Assembly (NCBI GenBank): GCA_963727625.1
Contig: CAVSHR010000011.1
Span: forward strand, 64,001 to 128,000
DNA from: an uncultured delta proteobacterium
GTDB lineage: Bacteria > Desulfobacterota > Binatia > UBA9968
Length of the DNA: 64,000 nucleotides
Direction of reading: 5' to 3'
The notes under the pieces were generated by a model, which saw only the letters and a list, made by a program, of their open reading frames with translations, did no database searches and was not told where the DNA came from. Every line of letters starts with the position of its first letter. Within the stretch, counting starts at the first letter, position 1. The position numbers and the translations under genes were made by a program. Shown here one piece after another: positions 27,960 to 37,621 of this stretch.

Positions 27960-29114
27960 ATGCCAGTCATCTTTGCCCTTGGATTCCGACCGTTTTTTCT
28001 GCTCGCGGGCTGCGTGGCAGTTCTCCTAATGGCGATCTGGGCGCCCGCCTTTGTCGGCGGTTTCGCCTTCGAGACCTTCTACGGACAGATCGACTGGCAC
28101 AGCCATGAAATGATCTTCGGCTATAGCGCCGCGGTCATCGCCGGTTTTCTGCTGACCTCGGTGCGCAACTGGACCGGGAAACCGACGCCCACCGGCTCTT
28201 TGTTAGCGGGCATGGCGGTGCTATGGCTTCTCGGTAGAATCCTGCCGTTCTTCTCCAATATATTTTCTAACTGGTTGATCGCTTTCATCGATCTGGCGTT
28301 CTTGCCGGCAGTGGTGCTCGGTATCGGCGTGCCGTTGTTGCGCAGCGGTGAAAGACGGAACTTAATCTTCCTGCCGCTTTTGGCCGCATTCTGGGGGGCG
28401 GATCTTCTCGTCCATGCCGAGCTGCTCGGCCTGGCGCCGAGCCTCGCACGCAAGGGAATCTTTCTGGGCCTCAATCTAATCGTTTTGTTGATCGTGGTTA
28501 TGGGCGGGAGGGTGATTCCCTTCTTCACGGAACGGGCGTTGACCGGTGTGGCGATAAAGCGCTGGCCGATGATCGAGTGGCTGTCGCCGCTCAGTGTGAT
28601 GTTCTTTTTACTGGCGGAGCTCTTTCTCCCGGACTCGCGGTTGTCCGCAAGTTTTGCCGCCCTGGCCGGCTGCGCCAACGGTGTTCGACTCGCGGGTTGG
28701 TACACCTCTCGCTATTGGCGCGTGCCGTTGCTCTGGGTGCTGCACCTTGGCTATGGCTGGATCGTCGTGGGATTTTACTTGAAAGTCGGTGCCGCGCTCG
28801 GGGCCGTTGCGTCGCAGTTCACTGTCCATGCCTTTACCGTGGGCGGTATCGGCGTCCTGACCCTCGGCATGATGGCGCGCGTCTCGCTCGGCCACACGGG
28901 GAGGCCATTGAAAGTCGCACCCGCCATGGCTGCCGCCTTCGGCTTGGTTAATCTTGCGGCCGTGACTCGCGGGTTGTTGCCGATCCTGTCTCCACAATGG
29001 TTCTCCCGGCTCATCATCGTCAGCAGTGCGCTGTGGATCACCGCATTCGTTATTTTTCTCGCCATCTACACACCGATACTCACGCAACCTAGAATTGACG
29101 GCCGGCCCGGCTAG
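27960..29114 (+). CDS. nnrS: NnrS family membrane protein
   Basis: FALGFRPFFL, WHSHEMIFG, GFLLTSVRNWTG, GGRVIPFFT, RVSLGHTGR. Confidence 0.9.
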   Translation: MPVIFALGFRPFFLLAGCVAVLLMAIWAPAFVGGFAFETFYGQIDWHSHEMIFGYSAAVIAGFLLTSVRNWTGKPTPTGSLLAGMAVLWLLGRILPFFSNIFSNWLIAFIDLAFLPAVVLGIGVPLLRSGERRNLIFLPLLAAFWGADLLVHAELLGLAPSLARKGIFLGLNLIVLLIVVMGGRVIPFFTERALTGVAIKRWPMIEWLSPLSVMFFLLAELFLPDSRLSASFAALAGCANGVRLAGWYTSRYWRVPLLWVLHLGYGWIVVGFYLKVGAALGAVASQFTVHAFTVGGIGVLTLGMMARVSLGHTGRPLKVAPAMAAAFGLVNLAAVTRGLLPILSPQWFSRLIIVSSALWITAFVIFLAIYTPILTQPRIDGRPG

Positions 29115-29160
29115 GGGTGGCGCGCCACGCGGCGCACCGCGAAATTATCCCGAGCAAGCA

Positions 29161-29260
29161 AAGTTTCTTGTCGACGCGAATCTTGCGCCGTCTCTGTGTG
29201 TTTGGATGGGACCGCGCGGTCATGGAGCCGAACACCTTGTCGATCTCTTAACCGCAATCG
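29161..29260 (+). pseudogene. fragment of DUF5615/PIN-like toxin
   Basis: KFLVDANLAPSLCVWMGPRGHGAEHLVDL, with no start codon or C-terminus. Confidence 0.45.
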
Positions 29261-29356
29261 ATTTGCAGATTCAGTGGCGTGGTAGGGTTCAATGTTCACT
29301 ATCCCCGTTCGAAACATTAAACTTGGAACATTGAACCTTGAACGGCTCGTCCTGGT

Positions 29357-30367
29357 CTAAGCCAACTCCAACCCCACCACCTTCGCCGGGTTCTTCGTAC
29401 AGACCGTGTACAGCTCTTCCTGATTCAGTCCGAACGCTTCCATGTAACCGCGGACTAAGCGCATCGCTTCGACGGAGTCGGGAAAGAGCGGTTCGCCGGC
29501 GTCGCTGGAGAGCGTGAAATGCTCCGGGCCCACTTCGCGGATGGTGTTGTACATGATCTGCGGATCGACGCCGAGGAGCGGCGAGAGCTCGTCCCAGGTG
29601 AAGTTAAAGAGTATTCCAACTGGGGCGAGCTCCTTCATCATTTCCGGTGAGACGTTCAAGAACGGGCTGAACGGGTGATCGATCACCGCGCGCTTGACTC
29701 CCGCCTTGTCGACTTCCTCGGCGAGTTTGTAAATTTCCTTATGTGTTGCGTGGCCGAAAAAGAGCGCGGCATTTCGGTCGGCGCAAAGGTGAACGATGTC
29801 GCGAACTTCGGGCTTTAACTTGCCGTTTTCATCGAGATCGTAGTGGCCGACCTGCATGGCTTCATTCCACGGCAGCGGGCCGACCCAACCTGGAGTGTTG
29901 CGGCTCTGTACGAACCGCCCGTAGGTTCCCACCGTGCTCATGGTAATCACGTGGCTAAATACCGGGAGCCATACCGCGGAAATGCCGCGGTCGATCATAT
30001 CACTGACAGTCTTGGCCGAGACCGGCGCCATCTGCCGGCCGCACACGTAGCTCGACCAGCAGGTGATCGGCGTGACATCTTCTTTCTCCGCCCAACGATT
30101 GACGTCGTCCTGGACAGATTGCGTGGCTTTTACCGGATCGTCCCCGGGAATGCTCTTGAACAGCAGCCCTTTCATTTCCGCCAAGGAGGCGCGCCGGGCA
30201 AGATCGTAGGGATCTTGTTGGCCTTCATGGGTATGGCAGTGAATGTCGATGGCGTCTTTGACCTTGATGTGTGGCGGATGAACGACGCCCGGTTTGTACT
30301 GCGTTCGCGCGGCGTAGGAAGTCACGCAGCGTTCATGGGTGGGCGTGGACACGATATTTTGGGCCAT
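29357..30367 (-). CDS. DUF6282-like metal-dependent hydrolase (amidohydrolase superfamily)
   Basis: IDIHCH, LFKS, FGH, IDHP, LSSDAG. Confidence 0.75.
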   Translation of the reverse strand: MAQNIVSTPTHERCVTSYAARTQYKPGVVHPPHIKVKDAIDIHCHTHEGQQDPYDLARRASLAEMKGLLFKSIPGDDPVKATQSVQDDVNRWAEKEDVTPITCWSSYVCGRQMAPVSAKTVSDMIDRGISAVWLPVFSHVITMSTVGTYGRFVQSRNTPGWVGPLPWNEAMQVGHYDLDENGKLKPEVRDIVHLCADRNAALFFGHATHKEIYKLAEEVDKAGVKRAVIDHPFSPFLNVSPEMMKELAPVGILFNFTWDELSPLLGVDPQIMYNTIREVGPEHFTLSSDAGEPLFPDSVEAMRLVRGYMEAFGLNQEELYTVCTKNPAKVVGLELA

Positions 30368-30715
30368 GGTTTTTCTCCTTTGACCGGTGGCTGGGATGTT
30401 GCTATAGACGCGGTGAGTTTGTCAAAGCGATTTTGGGGCGAGACGCGCGGCGTGAGAAAAAAAGGTATTAGGAATTAGGCGATAGTCGGTACAGGACAAA
30501 TTCCAAAAACGTGACCCTGTTCGTGTTTCGTGAGATCGATCCCTGGCACAGATCAAAGCGTTCAAGACGTTCAATCGTTGCGCTCCGTTCAAATCGTTTA
30601 GCCCCTCTAAGCAGAAAGAAAAAACTAGTTCGTTTTTGGGTTGGAGTTGTTGTAAGAACGGTCGGATTGCTTCACTTTCACTGAAACTTTCTTATTTCCT
30701 GGAGAGGCCATCGTA

Positions 30716-31084
30716 ATGACGAACCGTTTCAATCCAGGTTGGCGTGCACCGTGTCTATTGCTCGCGACCATGCTGCTGTTTCTGCCCAGTACGCGGGTCT
30801 TTGCGGCGGACAAACTTACTTTGATCTACACGACGCGGGTGATGTCGCAGGCCTATCCGTGGATCGCCCAGGATCTTGGGCTGTTTAAAAAATACGATCT
30901 CGATATGCCGGTGGTTTTCGTCACACCGGGCGCGCCGTCGGTCGCGGCGATACTCTCCAGGGATAGCGACGTGGCGGTGATCGGCGCGGCAAGCATCACG
31001 CGACCCTGGGTGCAGGAGAATAAAGATCCAGTATTTGTCGGCGGCATTAAAAGCCTGCTGAAGCTACGCGACAGATTGAAATGA
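30716..31084 (+). pseudogene. truncated NMT1-type substrate-binding protein
   Basis: Signal peptide and PWIAQDLGLFKKY; ends after 122 aa. Confidence 0.65.
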
Positions 31085-31235
31085 TCCGGGATTGGCGCGA
31101 TGATCTTTGCGCCAACAAGAGGAAAATATTAGGTTCATTTCGTCAAACTCCGTTGTGATAGCCGTTCCCGTCTCCTATAATCAGCCAGTATTTTATCCGC
31201 GCCCTTCGTAATCGCGAGAAGCGGGAGGTGTCGAC

Positions 31236-32063
31236 ATGGATTATGCGCGATGGGTCGAGGCCCTTGAGAAGTCGTTCAACCTTTTCATTCAACGAATCGG
31301 CGAACATTTTCCGAATTTTCTCGGCGCCATCTTGCTTGTTCTGGGCGGCTGGGTGCTCGCGCGTTTACTGCGCGCGGCGATCATCCGGCTGAGCGGCCGG
31401 CTCGATAGCCTGGTGCACAGCCAGGCGAAGGACGATTTTCTCAAGCGGCTGGGGGTGGAGAGGCCCGCATCCGCTCTGATTGGCAGCATCGTTTTCTGGC
31501 TGGTGTTTTTGGTGTTTTTCACCGCCGCCACCGAGACCCTGGGGCTGCCGGTGTTCGCGACCTGGTTGAGCGGCGTTTCTTATTATCTGCCGCGCATACT
31601 GGTCGCGGTGTTGATCGTGCTTGCCGGCCTGCTCGCCGGAAATCTAGCGCGCGACGCGATCACCGCCACGGCGAGCGCCGCAGGCATAGCCTACGCCGAG
31701 CTGTTGGGCCGGGCGATCTACGTGATCATTCTATTGGTCGCGGTTGTCACGGGCGTCGATCAGATGGGGATCGAAAGCCGCTTTCTTACCCTGACGATCA
31801 CCATCGTCATCGCCGCGCTGATCGGCGGTGCCGCGCTCGCCTTCGGGCTCGGCTCGCGCACGACCGTGAGCAATATCATCGCAGCGCATTATTTGCGGCA
31901 GAGTTATCGGGTCGGCCACACCGTGAAAATCGGCCCGGTGCAGGGCAGGATCGTCGAGATCACGCCCACCGCCGTGATCCTCGACAGTTCAGAGGGGCGC
32001 GTGATGGTGCCTGCTAAAGATTTCAGCGAAGTCACTTCCGTGCTGATCACGCAGGGAAACTGA
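31236..32063 (+). CDS. small-conductance mechanosensitive channel family protein (TM_helix repeats)
   Basis: LP.IL.A.LI...G repeats, ALAFGLG.R..V.NI, VG..V.IG.V.G. Confidence 0.8.
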   Translation: MDYARWVEALEKSFNLFIQRIGEHFPNFLGAILLVLGGWVLARLLRAAIIRLSGRLDSLVHSQAKDDFLKRLGVERPASALIGSIVFWLVFLVFFTAATETLGLPVFATWLSGVSYYLPRILVAVLIVLAGLLAGNLARDAITATASAAGIAYAELLGRAIYVIILLVAVVTGVDQMGIESRFLTLTITIVIAALIGGAALAFGLGSRTTVSNIIAAHYLRQSYRVGHTVKIGPVQGRIVEITPTAVILDSSEGRVMVPAKDFSEVTSVLITQGN

Positions 32064-32935
32064 TGCAATCCGATTGGCGGCTCGCCCGGACATTCCTGGA
32101 AAATCATCCCTACGAAGCGGGATTGGTGTTGGAAAAATTGGCGCCGGCGCAGAGCGCCGAGCTGCTGCGCGAGCTGCCGGAGCCGGTCGCCGTCGCGGTT
32201 CTGGAGCAGATGAGCTCTTCGACCGGCGCGGCGTGTCTGCTGGCCTTTCCCACCGATTATGCGGCAACTTTGATTGAGGCTTTGTCGCTCGACGCCGCAG
32301 CGCGGTTGCTGCGCTGCCTTGGGTCGGAGGAGCGGACTCGCTTGCTCGCGGCTGTTTCCGAGCGCCGCTCGATGCCGCTGCGACGTCTGTTAAACTATCC
32401 GTTGGGTACGGCGGGCTCGCTGATGGATCCTCAGGTGTTGGCGCTGCCCGCGTCGCTGGCGGTGCGCGACGCCTTGGAACGGGTCCAGCGCTCACCGCAA
32501 CACTCGCTTTATTATCTCTACGTGATCGACGCCGAACAGAAGCTCGCCGGCGTGATAAACCTGCGCGAGTTGATGCTTGCTGGGCCCGAGGAACAGCTCG
32601 CGGCTGCGATGCACACGCCGGTGTCAAAGTTGATGGCAGGCGCGGCTTTCGCGACGATTTTGCTCCATCCTGCCTGGCGCGAATTTCATGCCCTGCCGGT
32701 CACCGACGACGTCGACCGGTTTTTGGGTGCGATTCGCTATAAGACTCTCAAGCGATTGGAACAAGAACGCAGCGGGCAGCAGAAGGCCAATGAATCGATG
32801 ACCGCACTGCTGAGTCTTGGCGAGCTTTGTTGGATTGGCTTTGGCGGTATGCTGGCGGGTTTGGCGGCGACAGTTTTTCCCCGGGCGCTGGCATCGAACA
32901 AAGACGCGGAGTCTAGCCATGACGGAATCGACTGA
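32063..32935 (+). CDS. MgtE intracellular N-domain/CBS domain protein
   Basis: YP.GTAGSLMDP, CBS pair, no transporter TM domain. Confidence 0.75.
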   Translation: MQSDWRLARTFLENHPYEAGLVLEKLAPAQSAELLRELPEPVAVAVLEQMSSSTGAACLLAFPTDYAATLIEALSLDAAARLLRCLGSEERTRLLAAVSERRSMPLRRLLNYPLGTAGSLMDPQVLALPASLAVRDALERVQRSPQHSLYYLYVIDAEQKLAGVINLRELMLAGPEEQLAAAMHTPVSKLMAGAAFATILLHPAWREFHALPVTDDVDRFLGAIRYKTLKRLEQERSGQQKANESMTALLSLGELCWIGFGGMLAGLAATVFPRALASNKDAESSHDGID

Positions 32936-34232
32936 ACGAGCAGCGACGCAATTGGCGCAGGCCTACCTGGGGCTTTATCCAGCGGAGGCGGCGCGTTCGT
33001 TGGAAGCGCTGCCGCCGGGGGAGATCGCCGCCGTGCTCGAGCGCGAACCCGCAGCTCGAGCATCGGCGCTGCTCGAACGCATTCTCCCCGATCTGGGCGC
33101 CGACGTTTTACTACGACGGGGGCCGGAAGCGGCGCGTCAGATTCTTCCCGGGTTGACTCCCGAGCGGGGGGCGCAGCTGCTCGCGCGCATGGACCGGGAG
33201 ACCCAAGCGGAGTTCTTGCGCCCGCTCAACGGCTGGCTGGTCAAGGAGCTCCAGGTGCTGATGACGTATCCGCCGGGAACGGCCGGCAGTTTGATGGATC
33301 CGCGGGTGACGCTGGGGCGTCGCGAATTCACGGTGGCGGAGACATTGAGCGCCGTGCAAGCCGCCGGGCGCAAGCGCATTTACGACGTCTGCGTGGTTGA
33401 CGATCATGACCGGCTGATTGGCACGGTGGCGCTTCAAGATCTGGCGTTAGCCGAGGGCGATGAGAGGTTGCAAGAATTTTTACGTTTTGCGCCGGTGACG
33501 ATCGGCGCGATGGCGACGCGCGAAGAAGTCGTCGATCTCATGACCCAGAACCGGCTGTCCAGCTTGCCGGTGATCGACGCCGAGGAGCGGGTGGTGGGCA
33601 TCATCCGTCATGACAAACTGATCGCCGCAGCCCAGGAAGAAGCCAGCGTCGATATTCAGACCATGGTCGGCGCCAGCAAAGAAGAACGGGCTTTGTCGAA
33701 CGTCTCCTTCGCGATTCGCAAAAGGCTGCCGTGGCTGCAGATCAATCTAGTGACGGCGTTCATCGCTGCGTCCGTGGTGGGGCTTTTCGAAGGGATCATC
33801 GCCAAGTTTACCGCTTTAGCCGTGCTGCTGCCAATTGTCGCGGGCCAGTCCGGCAATACCGGGGCGCAGGCGCTCGCCGTGACCATGCGTGGACTGGCGT
33901 TGCGGGAAATCCGCCCGCGCCATTGGATGAGGGTGACGTTAAAAGAAGTCAACGTCGCTTTCTTCAACGGCATCGCCGTCGCACTGACGACATCCCTCGG
34001 CGTCTATCTCTGGAGCCGTTCCTTCGGCCTCGCCCTGGTGATCGGCGTCTCCATGATTATTTCCATGGTCGCTGCGGGATTGTCCGGCGCGGTGATTCCG
34101 ATGATCCTGCTCGCTCTCGGCCAGGACCCCGCCCAGTCGTCGTCGATTGTTCTCACCACGGTCACCGACGTCGTCGGTTTCTTCAGCTTCCTCGGTTTGG
34201 CAACGCTGTTAGCCAGCATGCTGCCGACGTAA
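32919..34232 (+). CDS. mgtE: magnesium transporter MgtE
   Basis: RLPWL, GQSGNTGAQ, DPA.SS...TTVTDVVG. Confidence 0.9.
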   Translation: MTESTERAATQLAQAYLGLYPAEAARSLEALPPGEIAAVLEREPAARASALLERILPDLGADVLLRRGPEAARQILPGLTPERGAQLLARMDRETQAEFLRPLNGWLVKELQVLMTYPPGTAGSLMDPRVTLGRREFTVAETLSAVQAAGRKRIYDVCVVDDHDRLIGTVALQDLALAEGDERLQEFLRFAPVTIGAMATREEVVDLMTQNRLSSLPVIDAEERVVGIIRHDKLIAAAQEEASVDIQTMVGASKEERALSNVSFAIRKRLPWLQINLVTAFIAASVVGLFEGIIAKFTALAVLLPIVAGQSGNTGAQALAVTMRGLALREIRPRHWMRVTLKEVNVAFFNGIAVALTTSLGVYLWSRSFGLALVIGVSMIISMVAAGLSGAVIPMILLALGQDPAQSSSIVLTTVTDVVGFFSFLGLATLLASMLPT

Positions 34233-34527
34233 GTCCCGCGCCTTTGGCGTCAAATGGACACACGATCAGGACGTCGCTTTTTCTGGGCTCAGCTCTTTAA
34301 TTGCTCGGGTTGCGGAGGGCTAAGAAGAAGTTAACTTGAGGCCGATGAACCCGGCGAGGATCATGCCGATTGCGGTCAGCTGACTCGGCCATGGACGGGG
34401 GAATCCGTCGGTGTGTTTTACACTGATCGCGCAAAATCACTTCCAAGAGGCCGGTGATGAAAAGGTTGATCCAAGGTATCGCGTTTCTCCCGAAGTTACT
34501 TATGACAAATTTTGCATGAGCCTGCCG

Positions 34528-35031
34528 TTAGGAGCTCGAATCCTGCGCCGGTGTCTTTCGCAAGCTCTCGACGGCCAAGAGGATCGCCGCAGCGGTGATC
34601 GCCATGTCGGCGAGGTTGAAAATCCCGCTGCGCAGCGGGCCGATGCCGACGTTCAGGAAATCAACGACCCGGCCGTCGTAGAGGATGCGATCGATCAGAT
34701 TACTCAAGCCGCCGCCGCAGACAAGGGATAAGCAGGCGAGATAGGCGCGCGGCAGGGAGCGGTTGACTAATAGATACGTGAATAGCGCGAACAGAAAGAC
34801 ACCAACGATCACCGTGAACACGAGATGACGCCAGGGCTCGGGCAACGAAGCGCCGAGGCTCAAAAACGCGCCGGTGTTCTCGGCGTACTGCAAGCGAAAA
34901 GTATCGCCAGCAAACGAAATCAACACATCCGGCGCGAGATGCTTCTTGGCCAGCCCTTTGGTCGCCTGGTCGGCGGCGACGCAGGAGAAGATAATCAACA
35001 GTACAAAAGTTACGCGAGGCGGTCGGTTCAT
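34528..35031 (-). CDS. lspA: signal peptidase II
   Basis: DQATK, NTGAF, GGGLSNLIDR, VVDF, FNLAD. Confidence 0.9.
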   Translation of the reverse strand: MNRPPRVTFVLLIIFSCVAADQATKGLAKKHLAPDVLISFAGDTFRLQYAENTGAFLSLGASLPEPWRHLVFTVIVGVFLFALFTYLLVNRSLPRAYLACLSLVCGGGLSNLIDRILYDGRVVDFLNVGIGPLRSGIFNLADMAITAAAILLAVESLRKTPAQDSSS

Positions 35032-35221
35032 TCAGTCAATAGGGAGAGAAAAGGTGCTCTACCCTATATACACAATATACACAGCTCGGGTTGGATGCCA
35101 ATGAATTGCGACAGTGGATCGGGCTTTGTCGATGTGCGACCCGCGGCGCGGAGAATTGCCGGAGCAGAGACGTTTGTTGCGCTGAGCTTTGGTAACCTTG
35201 ATTTCTTCATGTTAAAAACCG

Positions 35222-37000
35222 GTGATGACTCTTTCCAAGCAAGAATCTGCGAGACTGATTCGAGGCGCTCTGGGCGAGCTCAAAGCCGATCTCATCATAA
35301 CCGGCGGTAGACTCGTCAACGTATACTCCGGCGAACTGCTCGACGGCTTCGAGATCGCCGTGCTCGACGGTCGGATCGTTTACGTCGGGCCGAGTGCCAA
35401 GCACACCCGTGGCGCGGCGACGGAAGTACTCGACGCATCGGGGTGCTTTGTCGCTCCCGGTCTCATTGACGGCCACACCCATATCGGCCACTATGCCCGG
35501 CCGTTCGAAAATCTACAGTCGTTTCTGCCCCACGGCACGACGGCGGTCATGCCATCCTGTGACGAGTTGGCCACCGTGTTCGGTTTGCGCGGCCTCAAGC
35601 TTTTTTTGGACGAAGTCGAAAAGCATCCGCTGCGAGTGTTTACCCTGGTGTCGATGACCGCGCCGCAGGATCCGTCGGTTTGCAACACGGCGACATTTTC
35701 AAACGAAGAGATCGCCGAAGCGCTGGCCGATCCGCGAGTCTTGGGCATGGGCGAAATCGTTTCCTGGTTACGGCTTATTCAGTGTGACGACGAACTTCTC
35801 GAACGCGTCGCGTCGGCGCGGCGAAACGGACAGATCATCCATGGCCACACGGCCGGAGCGCGCGATCAAAAATTATGCGCGGTGGCCGCGCTGGGAATAT
35901 CTTCCTGCCACGAGCCGATCCGCTTCGAAGACGCGCTGGAACGGCTGCGTTTGGGCTACTGGATGATGCTGCGGGAGGGCTCGCTCCGACAGGACCTGGA
36001 AGCAACGCTGCCGCCGCTGATCGCATCGGGCGTAAGCCTGCAACGATTGATACTCGTGACCGACAGCATGACGCCTGACGATGTCGAAGAGCGTGGCCAT
36101 ATGGACCATGTGGTGCGGCGCGCTATAGCGCTCGGACTTTCGCCGATGATGGCGATCCGAGCCGTGACATTGAATCCTGCAGTGTATTCCGGATTGGAAC
36201 AACAGATTGGGGGCATTGCTCCGGGCCGTTTCGCCGATCTGGTGCTGATCGACGACCTGGAGCGCTGTCATGTGCGCGAGACGCGGGTCGGTGGCGCGAC
36301 CGTAGCGCGCAGGGGCGCGTCGGAGGTGACAAGTCAGCCCATCGATTTGCCGCTAGACCTGATGCATTCGCTGCGGGTCGGAGCCGTGATCACTCCCGAG
36401 ACTTTCAAAATTCCGAGCGCGGTCGCTGCGCCGAAGATTCGCGTAATGGAGCTGGTCAATCAAACCATTACGGCGGAACGCCTGGTCCAAGTCGGCACAA
36501 TGGAGGGAATGGTCGACGCGAATTTGGCCGAGGATCTCTTAAAAGTGGCGATGTTCGATCGGCACCGTCATGCGCCCGACATTGCATTCGGTTTTCTCAA
36601 AGGCTTCGGCGCCAAAGTCGGCGCGGTCGGTTTGACTATCAATCTCGACGAAAACGCATTGCTAATCGCGGGCAGCGACGATTGTGACATGGCGTTATGC
36701 GCCAATGCGTTACTCGAAGCCGGCGGAGGAATCGCGGTCGCTAAGGACGGTGAGATTCTGGAGCAAATCGATTTTCCGTTCGGAGGCTTGTTCGCGCTCC
36801 AGCCCTGGCAGGAAGTTGGACGGGGGCTCAGGCGAATCCAAGTGCGTCTAAATGAAATGGGCTCGTCTTTCGACAAGCCCATTTTTGCGCTGCTATTCTT
36901 GCCGTTCGTTACGCTGCCCGAGCTCAGGATCACGGCGCGGGGTTTGGTCAACGCCAAAGAACGAAGACTGGTTCCTTTGTTCGTCGATGGACCGGCTTAA
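35222..37000 (+). CDS. ade: adenine deaminase family protein
   Basis: PGLIDGHTH, HGTT, GMGE, SCHE, LREGS, VTD, LPELRIT. Confidence 0.85.
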   Translation: MMTLSKQESARLIRGALGELKADLIITGGRLVNVYSGELLDGFEIAVLDGRIVYVGPSAKHTRGAATEVLDASGCFVAPGLIDGHTHIGHYARPFENLQSFLPHGTTAVMPSCDELATVFGLRGLKLFLDEVEKHPLRVFTLVSMTAPQDPSVCNTATFSNEEIAEALADPRVLGMGEIVSWLRLIQCDDELLERVASARRNGQIIHGHTAGARDQKLCAVAALGISSCHEPIRFEDALERLRLGYWMMLREGSLRQDLEATLPPLIASGVSLQRLILVTDSMTPDDVEERGHMDHVVRRAIALGLSPMMAIRAVTLNPAVYSGLEQQIGGIAPGRFADLVLIDDLERCHVRETRVGGATVARRGASEVTSQPIDLPLDLMHSLRVGAVITPETFKIPSAVAAPKIRVMELVNQTITAERLVQVGTMEGMVDANLAEDLLKVAMFDRHRHAPDIAFGFLKGFGAKVGAVGLTINLDENALLIAGSDDCDMALCANALLEAGGGIAVAKDGEILEQIDFPFGGLFALQPWQEVGRGLRRIQVRLNEMGSSFDKPIFALLFLPFVTLPELRITARGLVNAKERRLVPLFVDGPA

Positions 37001-37401
37001 GACGCGCTCTCTTTTTTGGCTTCCTGGCGGAGCGGCAGAACTCGCCCTTCGTTCTTCTTCATCGAGATATGACCTTCGAGAACGGCGCCGTCGCCGATGA
37101 CCAAACTCTGTGTGGTGATATCGCCGACCACCGAGCCGGGGGGCTGCACTTCGAGTTTCTTTTCAGCCACGACATCGGCCATGACTTTACCTTGAACCAG
37201 GATTGATGTGGCGGAAATCTTGCCTTTGACGGTGGCCTGCTGGCCCACGGTCACATGGGCTTGGGCGACAATTTCCCCTTCGACTTCGCCGTCGATGGTG
37301 GCCTGGCCGTCAAAATGCAATTTGCCATTGATCTTGGTGCCTGGTCCAAGGTAAGCGCCGAGATCGGCTGGCAGGCCGCTGGGTCGATTGAATTCTGCCA
37401 T
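36997..37401 (-). CDS. bactofilin (polymer-forming cytoskeletal protein)
   Basis: LGPGTKINGKL.F...IDG.VEG.I ... GAVLEG. Confidence 0.9.
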   Translation of the reverse strand: MAEFNRPSGLPADLGAYLGPGTKINGKLHFDGQATIDGEVEGEIVAQAHVTVGQQATVKGKISATSILVQGKVMADVVAEKKLEVQPPGSVVGDITTQSLVIGDGAVLEGHISMKKNEGRVLPLRQEAKKESAS

Positions 37402-37621
37402 GTGGCTCCCCCCTTTTATCGGTTAGTGTCGAGGCCAAACTATAAAGCACAACGTTTGTTTTGTCTAGATTTTTTGTCCGCTCATCCGGCGCGGGCAATT
37501 TCCTAATTATTTTGCCTTTGGATGTAAAGGTCTGCTATAAATTAGTTTATGTTTTAACAATTAATTTTATCGTGCCCAGGATTCGATCCGACCTGATTTC
37601 CGCCGTTTAAGGAGCTTTAAA

